The notes: generated by a model not told the origin, from the letters alone. Counted from the first letter of the stretch, positions 40,028-54,039 are shown. The stretch is DNA of 64,000 nucleotides from Octopus vulgaris (GCA_951406725.2 OX597834.1:46252001-46316000); one strand, 5' to 3'. Made by a program: numbers and translations.

Positions 40028-40929
40028 TGTATGTGTGTGTGTGTGCATGTCCGTCTGTCTGCGTGCATGTATGTATGCATATATATATATATATATATGT
40101 GTGTGTATACATACATACGTACGTACGTACGTTCATACATACATGTAATACATACGAAAGCGCCAACTTTATTTTCATTCACCGGGATCGATAAAGTAAA
40201 GTACAGATGTCGAGAGTATCGACGAAACGTTCTCTCTGTAATATATTGGTCGGCACACACACACACACCTGATTTATCTTGGGCCAACAACCAATACATA
40301 ATATTCTAGAAATGAAGGGTTTGCTTTTCAAATCTATGACCACAAAAAAAGAAATACACGAAATACTCATTTGTTTTGTTGTTTTAGTTCAATCTCATTT
40401 ATTTTTATTGCATATTATAGCCCTGAGATGATGTCTAAATTGCAATGAAATAATCTGGGTCGGGATCTTTCTCGACTCATCTTCTTTTACTAGCCTCAGT
40501 CATTAGGCTGTGGCGATGCTGGGGAATTTCCTTGTAAGTTTTAGTCTTGTATCCATTCTAGGGTCTGTTCTGCTGAACGACTAAGGTACTGGGGCGTAAA
40601 CAAGGCAACGCGGGTTCTCACACCCTTTTCAAATACATACATACATATATACTTACATACATACATACATACGCACGCACACATGCACACACACACATAC
40701 ATACATGCATACGCACATACATGCATGCATGTATACATACATTATGGCTGCCCCCTCGTTATCGAGTATGGTCATTGCACGATGTATACATTGTATGTAT
40801 ACATACATACATACTTACACACATACATACATACATACAAACATACATACATACATACAAACATACATACATACATACATACATACAAACATACATACAT
40901 ACATACATACATACATGCATACGTACATA

Positions 40930-41980
40930 AACAATAGCTGCAAAAATAAATATATAAATACAGTGCTGAAAAGTGAAGTGAACAACATTGTCGAGTTGGC
41001 AGTGTGCTCCTCCAGAAGCACCCTATTCCCGATGTTCTCCTATACAGCCCCAAAACAGCTGGGCTCTCTTACCTTAGAGAAGATCTAGATGGAAAGCACT
41101 CGGCATACAAAAAAGACTATGCGTGTTTATGTTGCCCGGAAGACAGTAGATTTGACACGAAGCGCAGCCTCTCTTTGACACAAGACCACTACAGCACATC
41201 ACACTTTGAAGGCTATGCATTTGCATTCCAGGAACCTGGTGAACAAGAGAGACGGTGACGTTCTTGTAATCCCATAGTGCAACAGCATGTGTAGGCTATG
41301 TCATGTTTCTGTGGAAGACATCACACATGTGATTAGCAGCTGTCCTAAAATGTCGTCACGGTACTACCTCCTATGCAGCACGATGTTGTTACTAAAACAA
41401 TTTACAATACCATCCACAAGAAAGACTGTCCTGAAATAAACTTAGAAAATCCCTCTCTTATGGAATACATTCATAAACACTAACTCAAGGAATACTGGTG
41501 GAATAATCCCATCAAAACTTCTGTCAACTGTAAACATAACAGGGTGGATGCTGTGGTTTGGGACAGAGGGGCAAAGGTATGTACCATCATAGAGTTCAGC
41601 CACTCACCAGATATAAATATCTCTCTGAAAATCAAAGGAAAAGATCATTTCTATGGACAACTGCTTCGAAACCCCCAGCTTCTATATCCACACTATGAAG
41701 TCATTCATGACAATAATAATCGGAGCACTAGGTTTTGTTAGCAAATACTTAAAGAAGAATCTGGATAAACTGGGATTTTCAGAAAGAGAAATCGACCGGC
41801 TAGTTCGTACATTACAAGTGCAATCTGTGAGTGGAATAGGAAAAATATGCAACACTTTTCTCAAGCTCCAAATGGGAATTTGTCTGTGTTAACTACATCC
41901 CAAAGATGGAGCCTTGTATCTTTGTTGGAAACCGGCTCCCTCCTCAGTAGAAGATTTATAATAATTAAAAATAGAAGTGA
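40930..41980 (+). mobile_element. R4-like REL-type LINE (family B), 3' fragment, between (CATA)n tracts
   Basis: EGYAFAFQE, CRLCHVSVEDITHVISSC zinc knuckle, HDVV, HNRVDAVVWD..IIEFS..DINI REL motif, IIIGALG; several frameshifts. Confidence 0.88.
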
Positions 41981-42061
41981 CATACATACTGTCGGGCAAA
42001 GCTTCACAAAATGTTATTTAGAGTATCACATGACCCGTTCCTCAGGCTGTTGGATTATCAC

Positions 42062-42103
42062 AACTGTGTGAAGATAATTCTTGTGAAACTCTGAGTTACA
42101 GTT
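42062..42103 (+). ncRNA. Hammerhead-like motif, degenerate core
   Basis: AACTGT-GTGAAGA-taattcttgt-GAAA-CTCTGAG-TT-ACAGTT. Perfect 6-bp helix I, paired helix III, C3->G change, weak helix II. Confidence 0.55.
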
Positions 42104-42464
42104 TGGGAAGATTTTTTTCCGATTTTCGGCTTTATTACTCTAGCAAAGAGAGCTTCGTAACCACACAGCCATGCCTGCGCCTAAATTCTAAGGAAATGGA
42201 TATATTTGTGTGTATTTCTTTAGTTTCGTGGAATTTTGACAATAAAATAAATCGTCCGATGCACGGTGAGGATAACCCATGTCTGCGTTTCGAAACTTCT
42301 AGAACAAAAATTAATATGCCAATCACCATTTTGAAGCTTGCTGTTCAAACTGTGAAAAATGATTCATTGTCGGTTGATAGATGTGAACACGGATCAGCGA
42401 ATAGTTCGTTCGTTGAAGTTATAAACAGGCCATTGGTTTTTGTTAGATTCAATAGTTATCTTGC

Positions 42465-42509
42465 TGCGAGCTGACGAGACGGAAAATGTCGAAACATAGG
42501 TATCCTGCA
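42465..42509 (+). ncRNA. Hammerhead-like motif
   Basis: CTGACGA-GAC ggaaaat GTC-GAAA-C atag G-TA. Intact core and helices II and III; helix I poorly paired. Confidence 0.55.
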
Positions 42510-42792
42510 ATACCTTGTACTAAAGAATTGAGTGCGTTATGAATAGATGCTCGTCGTAAAGGAAAGGCTCAGTCTGTAAAGAAAGCAACAGCAATTAGTA
42601 TATTTACGTTCGATTGTGTTGCAACATATTAAGAATAATTATGTAAGACATTGTTTCGATTCTCGCAGTAGACAGTGCCAATATCGATTTATTATTGGCT
42701 GACAGATACCAGCACTAACCAGAAAACAATTTATTCACTGAAATTATAAACAAAAGTTAACTGGTCTTGTTCAGAGTCGGATGTCCAAGCGC

Positions 42793-42838
42793 TTCTGACT
42801 GACGAGATACAAGATATCGAAACAACGGTGTCACAGAA
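42793..42838 (+). ncRNA. Type-I hammerhead ribozyme motif
   Basis: TTCTGA-CTGACGA-GATA caaga TATC-GAAA-CA acgg TG-TC-ACAGAA. Intact core, GUC cleavage triplet, three helices, single A.A mismatch at the base of helix I. Confidence 0.8.
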
Positions 42839-43019
42839 TCCCATATAATAATGAATAGTGTGTGTTATGAATAACTAGTCGTCGTGAAGCAGTTCTCCTC
42901 TTGTGCGGAACACAATACTGTATATTTGCTTTCGAATCTGCCAGAACGTATCAAAAATAAATATGAAATCGGCGCATGCGTGGCTCGTAGGTGCAGGCGT
43001 TGCTCATAGGTGCAAGAAT

Positions 43020-43430
43020 GGCTGGTAGATGCAGGCGTGGTATTGTAGTTGAAAAAGCTTGCTTCGCCGCCTTGTGGTCTTGGGGTTAGTGCCACTGTCT
43101 GGTACACTAGGCAAATGTCGTCTGCAAAGTCATGGGCCGACCCATGCTCTGTTAGGGAATTTGGTAAACTGAAAATGACAAAAGCTCGTCGTATACGCGT
43201 GGCGGGTATCTACGAATATGCCTTTGTGCTTGTGTTTGAACCTCATCAACGCTTGACGATCGTTGTTGGTTTGTTTACGTCCCTCCCTGTAATGTAGCTG
43301 TTCGTCAAAAGACACCGATAAAAAAAATTAAAAGCGAAAATATGTACAGGCGGCGATTTGTCTAAAATGACCAAGACGGTGCTCCGCCCTGGCCGCAGTC
43401 CAATGACGAAATCACGTTAAAAATAAAATT
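43020..43430 (+). mobile_element. SINE family S1, strongly diverged
   Basis: Colinear similarity to 39624-40027. Confidence 0.65.
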
Positions 43431-43793
43431 TAAAATCCAAGATAAATTCGTCGGTTAACAAAATCCCGAAAACTACAGGTATAGAAGGTAGATCCACCCT
43501 CAGTGGTACCAGTAATTCTAACGGGTCAGAGAGAGAGAATATGATGCAAGCAAACGATCGGCGTCATTATGGCGTCATATGAAAGGGCGACGGCACGCTC
43601 GATATTCCGATGAGTTTCCTCAACGAAACCAGCTGCCGATCTCATATATCGACTTCTTATTGATTGGTTGCGAGTCTTTTGTACCGGCTTTATATCATTA
43701 TGGCTTTGTAGTGGTTTTCATAATAGAATTTTACACAATATGGCATTTAATATGATAATGTAATATGTTGTATACCTACTTATATATACATAC

Positions 43794-43881
<88 letters not shown>

Positions 43882-44164
43882 ATTATTACATGTATGTATT
43901 TATTTATCTATGGATATATAAGTATTTATGTGTATGTGTGTATATGTGTAAATGCCTTTGTGTGTTTGTGAATCAATGCATGAATTTACGTGCAGCATAG
44001 CTTTACACAATAACGAAAAATTATGTACATATATATATATATATATATGCATATAAATACATATACGTATGTATGTATGTTCATATATCTATGTACTTAC
44101 ACACCTGCATATGTATATATATGTACACATACACTCTAACGTATATTCATAATATTGAATTTTG

Positions 44165-44202
<38 letters not shown>

Positions 44203-44237
44203 GTATGAATGTATATGTGCCTATATACTGCCAGTAA

Positions 44238-44291
<54 letters not shown>

Positions 44292-45854
44292 CGAATTGCA
44301 AAACAATGTTATAAGATAGGATTGTGTAAAAATTGTTTCCTGCTATAGGTTTCCGTTTTACAATTTTTGAGAAGCCATTTTGTTTGGAAATTTTGGTTAT
44401 TTTCCTTATTTTTTTTCTTCTTTCACCGTGTTTTTGTAAATTTCCTTTATTTTCTTTCTTTATATCTTAATTATCTGTTTTACTTTATATTTATTTATGT
44501 ATTTGTTTATATATGTATTCATTATTCGCATGTTATTTCTTCTTATTACTCACACCGGCAACACCACCACGTCACACAGAACCAAAGGTGTGTTTTGATT
44601 CGTTCGGAATAATGGATGGCAGGGGAATCTCAAAGGATGGGCGTTGTGGGAAGGAAGGAAGGAACGAACGAACGAACGAACGAACGAACGAAGCAAGGGA
44701 AGAAGGAACGAACGCAGGACCGAAAAGTGAAAGGAGGAAGGAAAGATGGATGGAAAAAAGAGGTAGAAAGAGAGATGAGGAGGGGAAGAATGGAAGGAAA
44801 CGAGAAAGGAAGGAAGGACGGATGGACGGAAAGAAGGAAATAAAGGAGAGAAGGATGGAGAAGAGGGAGAAAGTTCAGGTGGTGGAATGGTGAGGGTTTG
44901 TGAAGTTAGTGATGAAGGGTGTGGTGGTGGTGATGGCGGTAGTGTGATGATGGTTAGTGACTGTGGAAGTCATCATTGACATAATGTCACGGTGATAGTA
45001 GTGGTGGTGGTGGCGGTCAAGGATATTGTAGTTGCTTTTCGTTGTTGTTGGTGGTGGTGTTGGTGGTGGTGGTAGTGGTGAAAGTGGTGTTGAGCGTTTC
45101 CCGCATTGTGATGGTGGCCGTGGTGTTGCTCATGGTGGTGGCGGTGGCTGTGATCAACAACGTAGTCATCACTATAACGATGATGGTAATAGTGGCGGCG
45201 ATGGTGCGGGTAGTGGTGATGAATGTGGTTTTGTTGTTGTCGGCGGCGGCGGTGGTGGTTGTGGTGGTGGTGGTGGTGGTGGTGGTGGTGGTGGTGGTGG
45301 TGGTGGTGATGGTGGTGGCGGTCCTCACCGTAGTCTCGTCGCTGTGATGGTGGTAGTGTTGGTGACGGTGGCGGTAGTGATGGTAGCAGTGGTGTCGGAG
45401 GTGGTCTTCGTCGTGGTGGTAGCAGAGGTGGTTGTGTGACGGACGTCGTAAAGGTGGTTGTGGTGGTTTTGTTAGTAGTAGTAGCGGTGGTAGTGGCTGT
45501 GGCGGTCATAGTGTAGTAGCGGTGGTGTGGTGGTACAGCTGCAGCTGTTTGTTGTGGGTGTGTGGTGTTGGTTTGGTGCTGCCACTACAAACTTGATCGA
45601 GTCTTGAAAACGTTGTTTCATTCGTAGATTTCCGTTAACACAGAGCTAAGCAACAAGTAAACAATCGATTATTCTTTAATCCGGTCAGATATTGGATTGT
45701 CACACAGAAAAGGTGAAGAAAGTTTCACTTTGATATGCACCGACGCCAAACTTTTCATCCTTTCTTAATTTTTTATTCAGTTGCTGTTGTTGTTGTTGTT
45801 ATTATTATTATCATTATTATTTTTTTCTATTATTATTATTATTATTATTATTAA

Positions 45855-45979
<125 letters not shown>

Positions 45980-45993
45980 TTTATTATTATTAA

Positions 45994-46049
<56 letters not shown>

Positions 46050-46063
46050 TTTATTATTATTAA

Positions 46064-46118
<55 letters not shown>

Positions 46119-46819
46119 TATTATGTTCCGCCATTAGGCAGCCGTATACATAAATTGAAGACAAGCGGCAGCGCTAGAATGAACGGAGAAAATAAAATGC
46201 CCGATGTGGTTTAAAAGGGGGGGGAGAGATCAAAGGGGAAATATCTATGTGTATGTGTGTGTGTGTGAGTGTGAGTGTTTGCGCATGCGTATGTACGTAT
46301 GTGTGTGTCGTTGTATGTATATATGCGTTTAAATAAATTTATGTATACATATTTATATACATATAACATAAATACATGTAAACATATATATATATTATAT
46401 ATATGCATATATAAACATATATATGTGTGTGTGCCTGTATATATGTATCTATGTCTGTGTGCGAGTGACTCTGTATGTGAGTGAGTGTGGAGGTATGTAT
46501 GTGTTGGTTAATGTGTGTATATGTATTAGTGTGTGTGTTTGTGTGTATGTATCGTCCATTTTTGCCCTTCTCCCCTTGTTTCCCGTTTCTTCCTGGCGAA
46601 GATCTTCTAAGCCAGAGATCAAATTTACCTTTTGTAGACAATATGGCAGCAAGAAGAGAAGGTTACGATACGAGAGAGAATGACAAATGTTTCAAAGTTA
46701 TGCCCCTACAGCGCGTGCGGACCGAACGAAATGCAGCGGAAAGCATTGGCGGATTAAACAATATCTATACACATACATACATACAAACATGCATACATAA
46801 TACATACATACATACATAC

Positions 46820-46850
<31 letters not shown>

Positions 46851-46902
46851 CATACATACATACATACATAAATACATACATAGATACGTATATATGTGTG
46901 TA

Positions 46903-46964
<62 letters not shown>

Positions 46965-46971
46965 CTATCAT

Positions 46972-47166
46972 TTTCGCCATGATAGATCTCCAGCCACTAC
47001 ACATTCTTTATTTTCTCTCCTTGTTTCTTTCTGTGTTCCTTTCTGTGGAAGAGCGTAGACTCGAAACGTGAAAGACTTTTTCACTTGCCGAGCGTTAAAC
47101 TAATACATCTGTTTGTTGTCTACAACACCTGTCTTCGTCTTTTATGTTTTTTTGTGAAATCTCCCT
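46972..47166 (+). mobile_element. Interspersed repeat family H
   Basis: Near-identical to 39062-39258. Confidence 0.85.
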
Positions 47167-47209
47167 ATATGTGTGTGCGTGTGTGTGTGTGTGTGTGTGT
47201 TTGTGTGCC

Positions 47210-47393
47210 TGTGATTGTACCCCAAACATCGCTTAATAACCGATGCTGGAGTGTTTACGTTCCCGTAACTTAGCGGTTTGGCAAAAGATTACTAGGCTTA
47301 AAAAGAATAAGTCCTGGGGTCGATTTGCTCGACTGAAGGCGGTGCTCCAGCATGGCCACAGTCAAATGACTGAAACAAGTAAAAGAGTAAAAG
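47210..47393 (+). mobile_element. SINE family S1, 3' half
   Basis: Matches 39838-40027. Confidence 0.85.
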
Positions 47394-47891
47394 ATCATCA
47401 TAATCAACGTGGCTATCAACATCATAAGTATGATCATCATCATCATCATCATCATCATCATTATCATCGTTGTTGTTGTTGTCGTCGCCGTCATCATCAT
47501 CAGTTTCAGCATCACCATCATTATTATCACTATCAATGTCGTCCTCTGAACACAGAACCATGCGGTTAGGAAACGAGTTCTTTAATGCACAACCTAAATA
47601 AGTTTGGCTTAAATCAGAAAATGTCTCATTTACTGATTTCAGTATCGTAGAGCATTTTCCTACTTGCACGTGATCGACTGGTATAATCGTCACTGACGAG
47701 ACAAAAGCACGACGAAACACCAGGTTCTCCAAAAATTACTGTTTTTTTAAAGCATAAATCTTTTGGAGAGATTTCCTGGAGACCAAATATTACAGCTAAT
47801 ATCAATCCATGTTTCTATATGCATTATATGTATACACATCTGTACATAAATATAGGCGTGTGTATGTGCACACATATATATGTATATATGA

Positions 47892-47979
<88 letters not shown>

Positions 47980-47994
47980 GTAGATAGATAGATT

Positions 47995-48055
<61 letters not shown>

Positions 48056-48064
48056 GTAGGTAGG

Positions 48065-48175
<111 letters not shown>

Positions 48176-48276
48176 GCTGTATTCTGTACTTATAGAGATA
48201 CATGAAAAATATGTACAAATATACATATATGTATGAATATACATATATGTATGAATATATATACATGTATATGCAG

Positions 48277-48317
<41 letters not shown>

Positions 48318-48436
48318 CACATATATATATACTTATACATATATGTACAAAGGTATCCATATAGGTATAATGTATATATATATATTTATATCTATGTGTA
48401 TATATATATATATGTATATATATTTGTATATCTATG

Positions 48437-48483
<47 letters not shown>

Positions 48484-49045
48484 CATATTGGAGACAGTAT
48501 AAATATTTTTATGTATATGTAGTCTTCTATGTAAACTATTTGTAGTATCCTTGAGTACGTTTGTGTGTGTGTGCGTGTGTGTGTGTGTGTGTGCGTACGT
48601 GTGTATGTGCGTGTGCGTGCGTGTGTGTGTGTGTGTGTGTGTGTGTCTGTGTGTGCGTGAGTGTGTGTAGCCAAGAAACGTTCCGTTTCTATATTACAAT
48701 TTCTCTCCTGTGTCGTTAACTTAAAATTTTAACATCATTTTGCTGGCGGCCATTACACCGTAGAAAAAAATATAATAATTATCCGGAAAAAATTATTTAC
48801 TATATTTTAGTATACATTTAATTAATTAAGGTGGCATTTACTGGTGATTTTTCCTTCATATTTAGAGTTTATGTTAATATTTTTAGTTTTAATTACTCTA
48901 CTTCAATATTTTGGTAATTATTCGGAATTAATTACTATTTTTAATTTCGAAAAATTTTATGTAGATATAAACATTTATTTAGAGAATATGCAGCAGGTTC
49001 TGTTCAAGAATATTTTCCAAGATGATTTTACAATAAATAGTTTTT

Positions 49046-49086
<41 letters not shown>

Positions 49087-49288
49087 CTTTGTTTGTGTTG
49101 TTGTATTGTAGTTTGTTTTGGTGTTTTAGTTCTTCAATATACATGAATTTTTACTAATTTATCTTTGTTAATTACGTGACAAGTTAAAGGTTACACACTT
49201 AAAATATATCTAAAAATTTGCAAAATAATTTTGCAATAATTTGGAAATATTCTTGCCAAGTCTGATACATAGATAGATAGATAGATAT

Positions 49289-49368
<80 letters not shown>

Positions 49369-49448
49369 GTAGACATATACATACGATCAGTCTTATGTAT
49401 TTAGATGTATGAGAGAGAGAGTGGAAGAGAGAGAGAAGTAGATATATG

Positions 49449-49524
<76 letters not shown>

Positions 49525-49827
49525 CTTTTCTGCTTCTAATTATTTGAAGTCTTCCTGTAAAGAAACAGCTGGTTTCAAATAAAGATATAAAACAGCATCT
49601 TTGGAATATAGATAACAAAACCAAGTCCACGTTACAATTTTGAGTAAATTCTTGTATCTTTTTATCTTTTTGGAGACCCCAGCTTTTCCAGATTGTCCCA
49701 AATCACTGTTGTTGTAACGTGCATTAAGGATTTGGGTAGGGAAGTTGAAAGCTTCGAAACAGTGGTCCCTTGTTATCTTCTTTTTGAATCTCGAAAAGAT
49801 ATTCACATCAGTAGGACAACTGATCTC

Positions 49828-49831
<4 letters not shown>
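49525..49831 (-). mobile_element. R4-like LINE family B, REL remnant + 3'UTR, within (TA)n
   Basis: [10 protein letters not shown] motif; 3'UTR tccaaagatg..tatcttt..gaaacc similar to 41898-41980. Confidence 0.65.
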
Positions 49832-49897
<66 letters not shown>

Positions 49898-49906
49898 ATT
49901 ATATAC

Positions 49907-49948
<42 letters not shown>

Positions 49949-49952
<4 letters not shown>

Positions 49953-50335
49953 TTAATAATTAGGGTTCAGCAAAGATTTGCTTTACCACATACCGAAGTT
50001 TAGAAATAGCAGCCAAAAAACGATAGCTATTTCTTCTACTTTAATAATCCAATAGGTGACCAGATATTGATTGATTTTCGTTACTTTTCCTCTCTGCCTG
50101 TGTTGATTGTTTTCAAGTATTTTGGTTTTTCTGGGAGTCCCTTTTTAATGTAGAAGAAATAGCTAACGTTTTTGGGCTGCTATTTCTAAACTTCGGTATG
50201 TGGTAAAGCAAATCTTTGCTGAGCCCTAATTATTAAGTATTACTTAAGTTTACCATGAAATGGTCCTTTTTACATGCAGAATTCTACTTGGTGAAATGAT
50301 TGATTACTTCTTAATTAATTAATTTTACCCTTTGT

Positions 50336-50369
<34 letters not shown>

Positions 50370-50390
50370 CAAAGGGTAAAATTAATTAAT
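49949..50390. repeat. Nested inverted-repeat structure: ~95-bp arms with ~100-bp spacer, plus 25-bp arms around (TA)n
   Basis: 49949-50044 is the near-perfect reverse complement of 50145-50240; 50314-50338 is the exact reverse complement of 50366-50390. Confidence 0.92.
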
Positions 50391-50479
50391 GTAGTTAGTT
50401 ATGTATGTATATATGTATATATGTATATATGTAAGAATGTATGTGTGGAAGTTTTATTTTTCTCTTTAGAATAAACTTT

Positions 50480-51250
50480 GACTGGCCACCTACTTGGTAG
50501 TTAGGGTATTAAGGAAAGCAACTCGTTTTGTTCATCAGTTTTGAGTCTGAAAGTTTTGCAGATTTTTAGAGCTCCAGATATTGTGATCATTTGTCGAGTA
50601 TAAATTAATGAATAGTGTTCTTTCCCCAATAATCCAATTTCAGGCATTCTTTACTCCAGACGAACTGGAACGTATGTTGCTGCTCCAAAGCATGAAGCTA
50701 AAAGTTTATCTTGGATATTAGATTTACAAACTCCTTTTCACTGGTCTTCTTTCTCCTATATATTTCTAATCACACTGGTGGCCAGCGGACAGATGATTTC
50801 CTCAACAGAACATATCTTTTCCTTATGGTCCCACGCAATCTCTGGCTGCTTGTGTTTCAATACGGATGTTTTAACTAAGCTTCACGAATATTCTTTTCAC
50901 CTATCGGTTTCAATACAGTAAACTTCGTCTGTTGGTTTTACCTTTTTTTATTATCCTGTTCAAGATTGTTCTTGCCATGTCATCATGGCTTATAGGACGA
51001 TGATATTTGGAAGACGTTCTCTCGCAGTTGGCAATAATGTGGTTGACGTCTTCAGTCTTAATTTTCGACATCCTACATTTGCTGTCCGTCAACGTTACCC
51101 GTCTTTTATGCAGTAGGTACATGGGTAGGGACCTTTTATTCATGAAGTGCATGGAGTAACCTTCGAAGGGGGATGTCCTAAACATATCAGCAACCAAGAT
51201 TTTGACATGATCAACCCCTTCTTTTTTTCGTGCCGAGCACCTATGTACTA
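50480..51250 (-). mobile_element. R4-like LINE family B, degraded 3' fragment
   Basis: FEGY..KCRM...EDVNHIIANC..HDDMA, HKQPEIAWD and ISGALKICKTF. Confidence 0.75.
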
Positions 51251-52153
51251 GACCAAGTATTTTTTTGCATGTATGTTTGTATGTATATATCTATGTAAGT
51301 GTGCGTGTATTTTTCATTTTTTATCGTTTTATATCTTTTTATCTTTTACTTGTTTTAGTAATTGGACTGTGGCCATGCTAGAGCACCCACCTTTAAGAAC
51401 ATTAGTCGAACGAATCGACCTTACTTCTGTTTTCAAGCCTGATACTTATCCGAATAGCCGTTTATATACACACGAACCGGTACGCGAATAGGTGTGTATG
51501 TAGGTTTGGATTTACATGTGTAGGAGTGCAAAGGTATGGCTACGTACGTATGAACGTAAGCCTGCTGCAGTATGAGTAAGTGTGTGTATGTATGTGAATG
51601 TATGTATATACTGATATACGTGTGCACATGTGTGTGTGTGTGTGTATGTGTGTGTGTTGTGTTGTGTGTAGAAGCGGATGTGTGTGTGTGTACATGAGAA
51701 CCTGGGTATCTAGGTGGTTGAGAAAAAGGTTAGAGATCTATACAAATCAAATTTTCATGTATAAAAGATGGAGCTAGAAATAGCTCAGAAGACTAAGACA
51801 TTTCAATCGAAGAGGGAATTTAATAAAATGATTTTAAAAACTATATAAAGAAAATATCACCGTTTTCTATGAATCTCATCTTATGAAATATCAGTAAAAA
51901 TTTATAAAAATTTGAAGTAAAAACAGTTTATCTTCTGTCTGGATGTCAAGAACATATACACACTCACACTCAAACACATTCATAAACACACATTCATAAA
52001 CACACATACGTATATATATTTACATATATATATTTATGAATATGTGTATGTATGTATGTCTGCGTAAGATATGTGTATATAAATGTAGATGTATATATAT
52101 ATTTGTGTTTGTGTGTGTCCATATATATGTATTCGTATATGTGTGTATATGAT

Positions 52154-52222
<69 letters not shown>

Positions 52223-52268
52223 ATATGCCTATATGTGTATGTCTGTATGTGCGTGCGTGTGTGTATAC

Positions 52269-52318
<50 letters not shown>

Positions 52319-52422
52319 GTACGAGTCTATTGAGGTCATAGGTGACTGTTGAATGAATTGACAACCCGTGCACTATTGATACAGCACGTGCCAAAACGTC
52401 TGTCACACGACGACGCCGGCAG

Positions 52423-52797
52423 TACTCTTTACTCTTTTACTTGTTTCAGTCATTTGACTGTGGCCATGCTGGAGCACCGCTTTTAGTCGAGCAGATCGAC
52501 CCCAGGACTTATTCTTTGTAAGCCTAGTACTTATTCTATCGAGCTCTTTTGCCGAACCGCTAACTTACGTGGACGCAAACACACCACCATCGGTTAACAA
52601 GCGACGTTGGGAAGACAAACACACACATACATATATACATATATGTGACAGGCTTCTTTCAGTTTCCGTCTACCAAATCCACTCACAAGACGTTGGTCGG
52701 CCCGAGGCTATAGTAGAAGACGCTTGCCCAAGGTGCCACGCAGTGGGAATGAACCCTGTACCAGGTAAGCAAGCTACTTACCACACAGCCACTCCTG
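52423..52797 (-). mobile_element. SINE family S1, near full length
   Basis: Reverse-complement match to 39624-40027. Confidence 0.9.
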
Positions 52798-52899
52798 GAA
52801 ACATTATTATGGATTTTTGGAATATTTGGTATTTCTATATACAGAGGTAACATAAAGTAAGTTTATGTACTATCAGCTGGTTTATTTCCTATTATTTAC

Positions 52900-54035
52900 G
52901 CAGAACTCGTATTTCAGGAGTCAGTTTGCTCTCCTTTAGCAGAATTGAGGGCTTGTACACGTGGAGGCATATTACGAACAAATATTCTGCAGAAATCCTT
53001 GATTCTGTCCGACTGGAACCAAACTTGTATGAGGAGCTCAATAAGGAGGCATTTGGTTGTAATAGAGGCGTTGATGTATTTCATCTTTCAACAGACACCA
53101 TAGGCTCGCAAGTGGATTCATGTCAAGTGAATCTCCTGGCCATGGAAGTACGTTAACAGCATTGTCAGCGAACCATGTCTTTACCGATTTTGCTGTAAAG
53201 CATGGTGCCGAGTTCTGTTGGAATATCCAAGGCCTGTCTCCATACCATTCCCGTACTTGTGGTTTTAGTCTACTTCTAAGTAGCTCTCTTGGTTCATACA
53301 ACCTTCAGTTATTTCCCAGACAACTAGTTTCATGGCCAGAAATTGTCCCGCAAACCATAATCTTCTGTGGAAATTTTAATGCTTTTCGAAGACAACCCAG
53401 ACTAAATTACTCACCAAGCCTCCTTCTCACACTTTACACCGAATCATCGAGCACTGCTATGGTGGATTCATTCGAAAACACCACCTGCAATAATTGGAAA
53501 CCATATTTGATTGACAGGTCATCTAGAATAAGTTATTGTGTCTATGGCAATCAGAAACTATTACCTATTTTTAAATAATCCTTTACAAAGCTGGTTCGAT
53601 GACTGAAATCAACGGTAACATCTTATTTTATCAATAATATCATATTTTATCACAGATACAATACATAAAGACTTTAATCCACTATTTTAGATAATCTTAT
53701 CTGCTCCCATTGCTCAGAAGTCCATGCAATATGATTTTTAGCCCATGCAGGGTTTTTTTCTTTGGACGTTATGCGTGTAATCCACCTTCTAAAGGTCAGC
53801 TAAAGGTCAGCTAAAGGTCAGCTTCAATGCACAGTGATGTTCCCCTCCATTAATTCGGGAGAAATCTTACTACAAGATGTTCTTCTATTGTTGAGAGAGA
53901 TTCTTTTTATTTTTCTGCCAATCCTAGGAATTGTTACTCGTTTCCTATCACAGTTACCAACCCTTTTTGCTATCAAAACCTCGTTATTTTCCATTATTTT
54001 CTTAATTGCATCAATTGCCTCAGTCGAAACATTTA
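52900..54035 (-). mobile_element. Tc1-like transposase pseudogene
   Basis: WIFQQNSAPCFTAKSVKTWF..VLPWPGDSLDMNPLASLW (Tc1 DD34E C-terminus, decayed), VVFSNES, and an N-terminal HTH remnant. Confidence 0.85.
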
Positions 54036-54039
54036 GACG

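Noticed and set aside
44548-44630. Candidate minus-strand micro-exon ending in GTGAGT
   Set aside because: Splice-like signals only, with no recognisable peptide; expected by chance in 64 kb.
44880-45560. Poly-His, poly-Gly, poly-Thr and poly-Val ORFs
   Set aside because: Degenerate (GGT)n tract open in several frames, with no domain or splice evidence.
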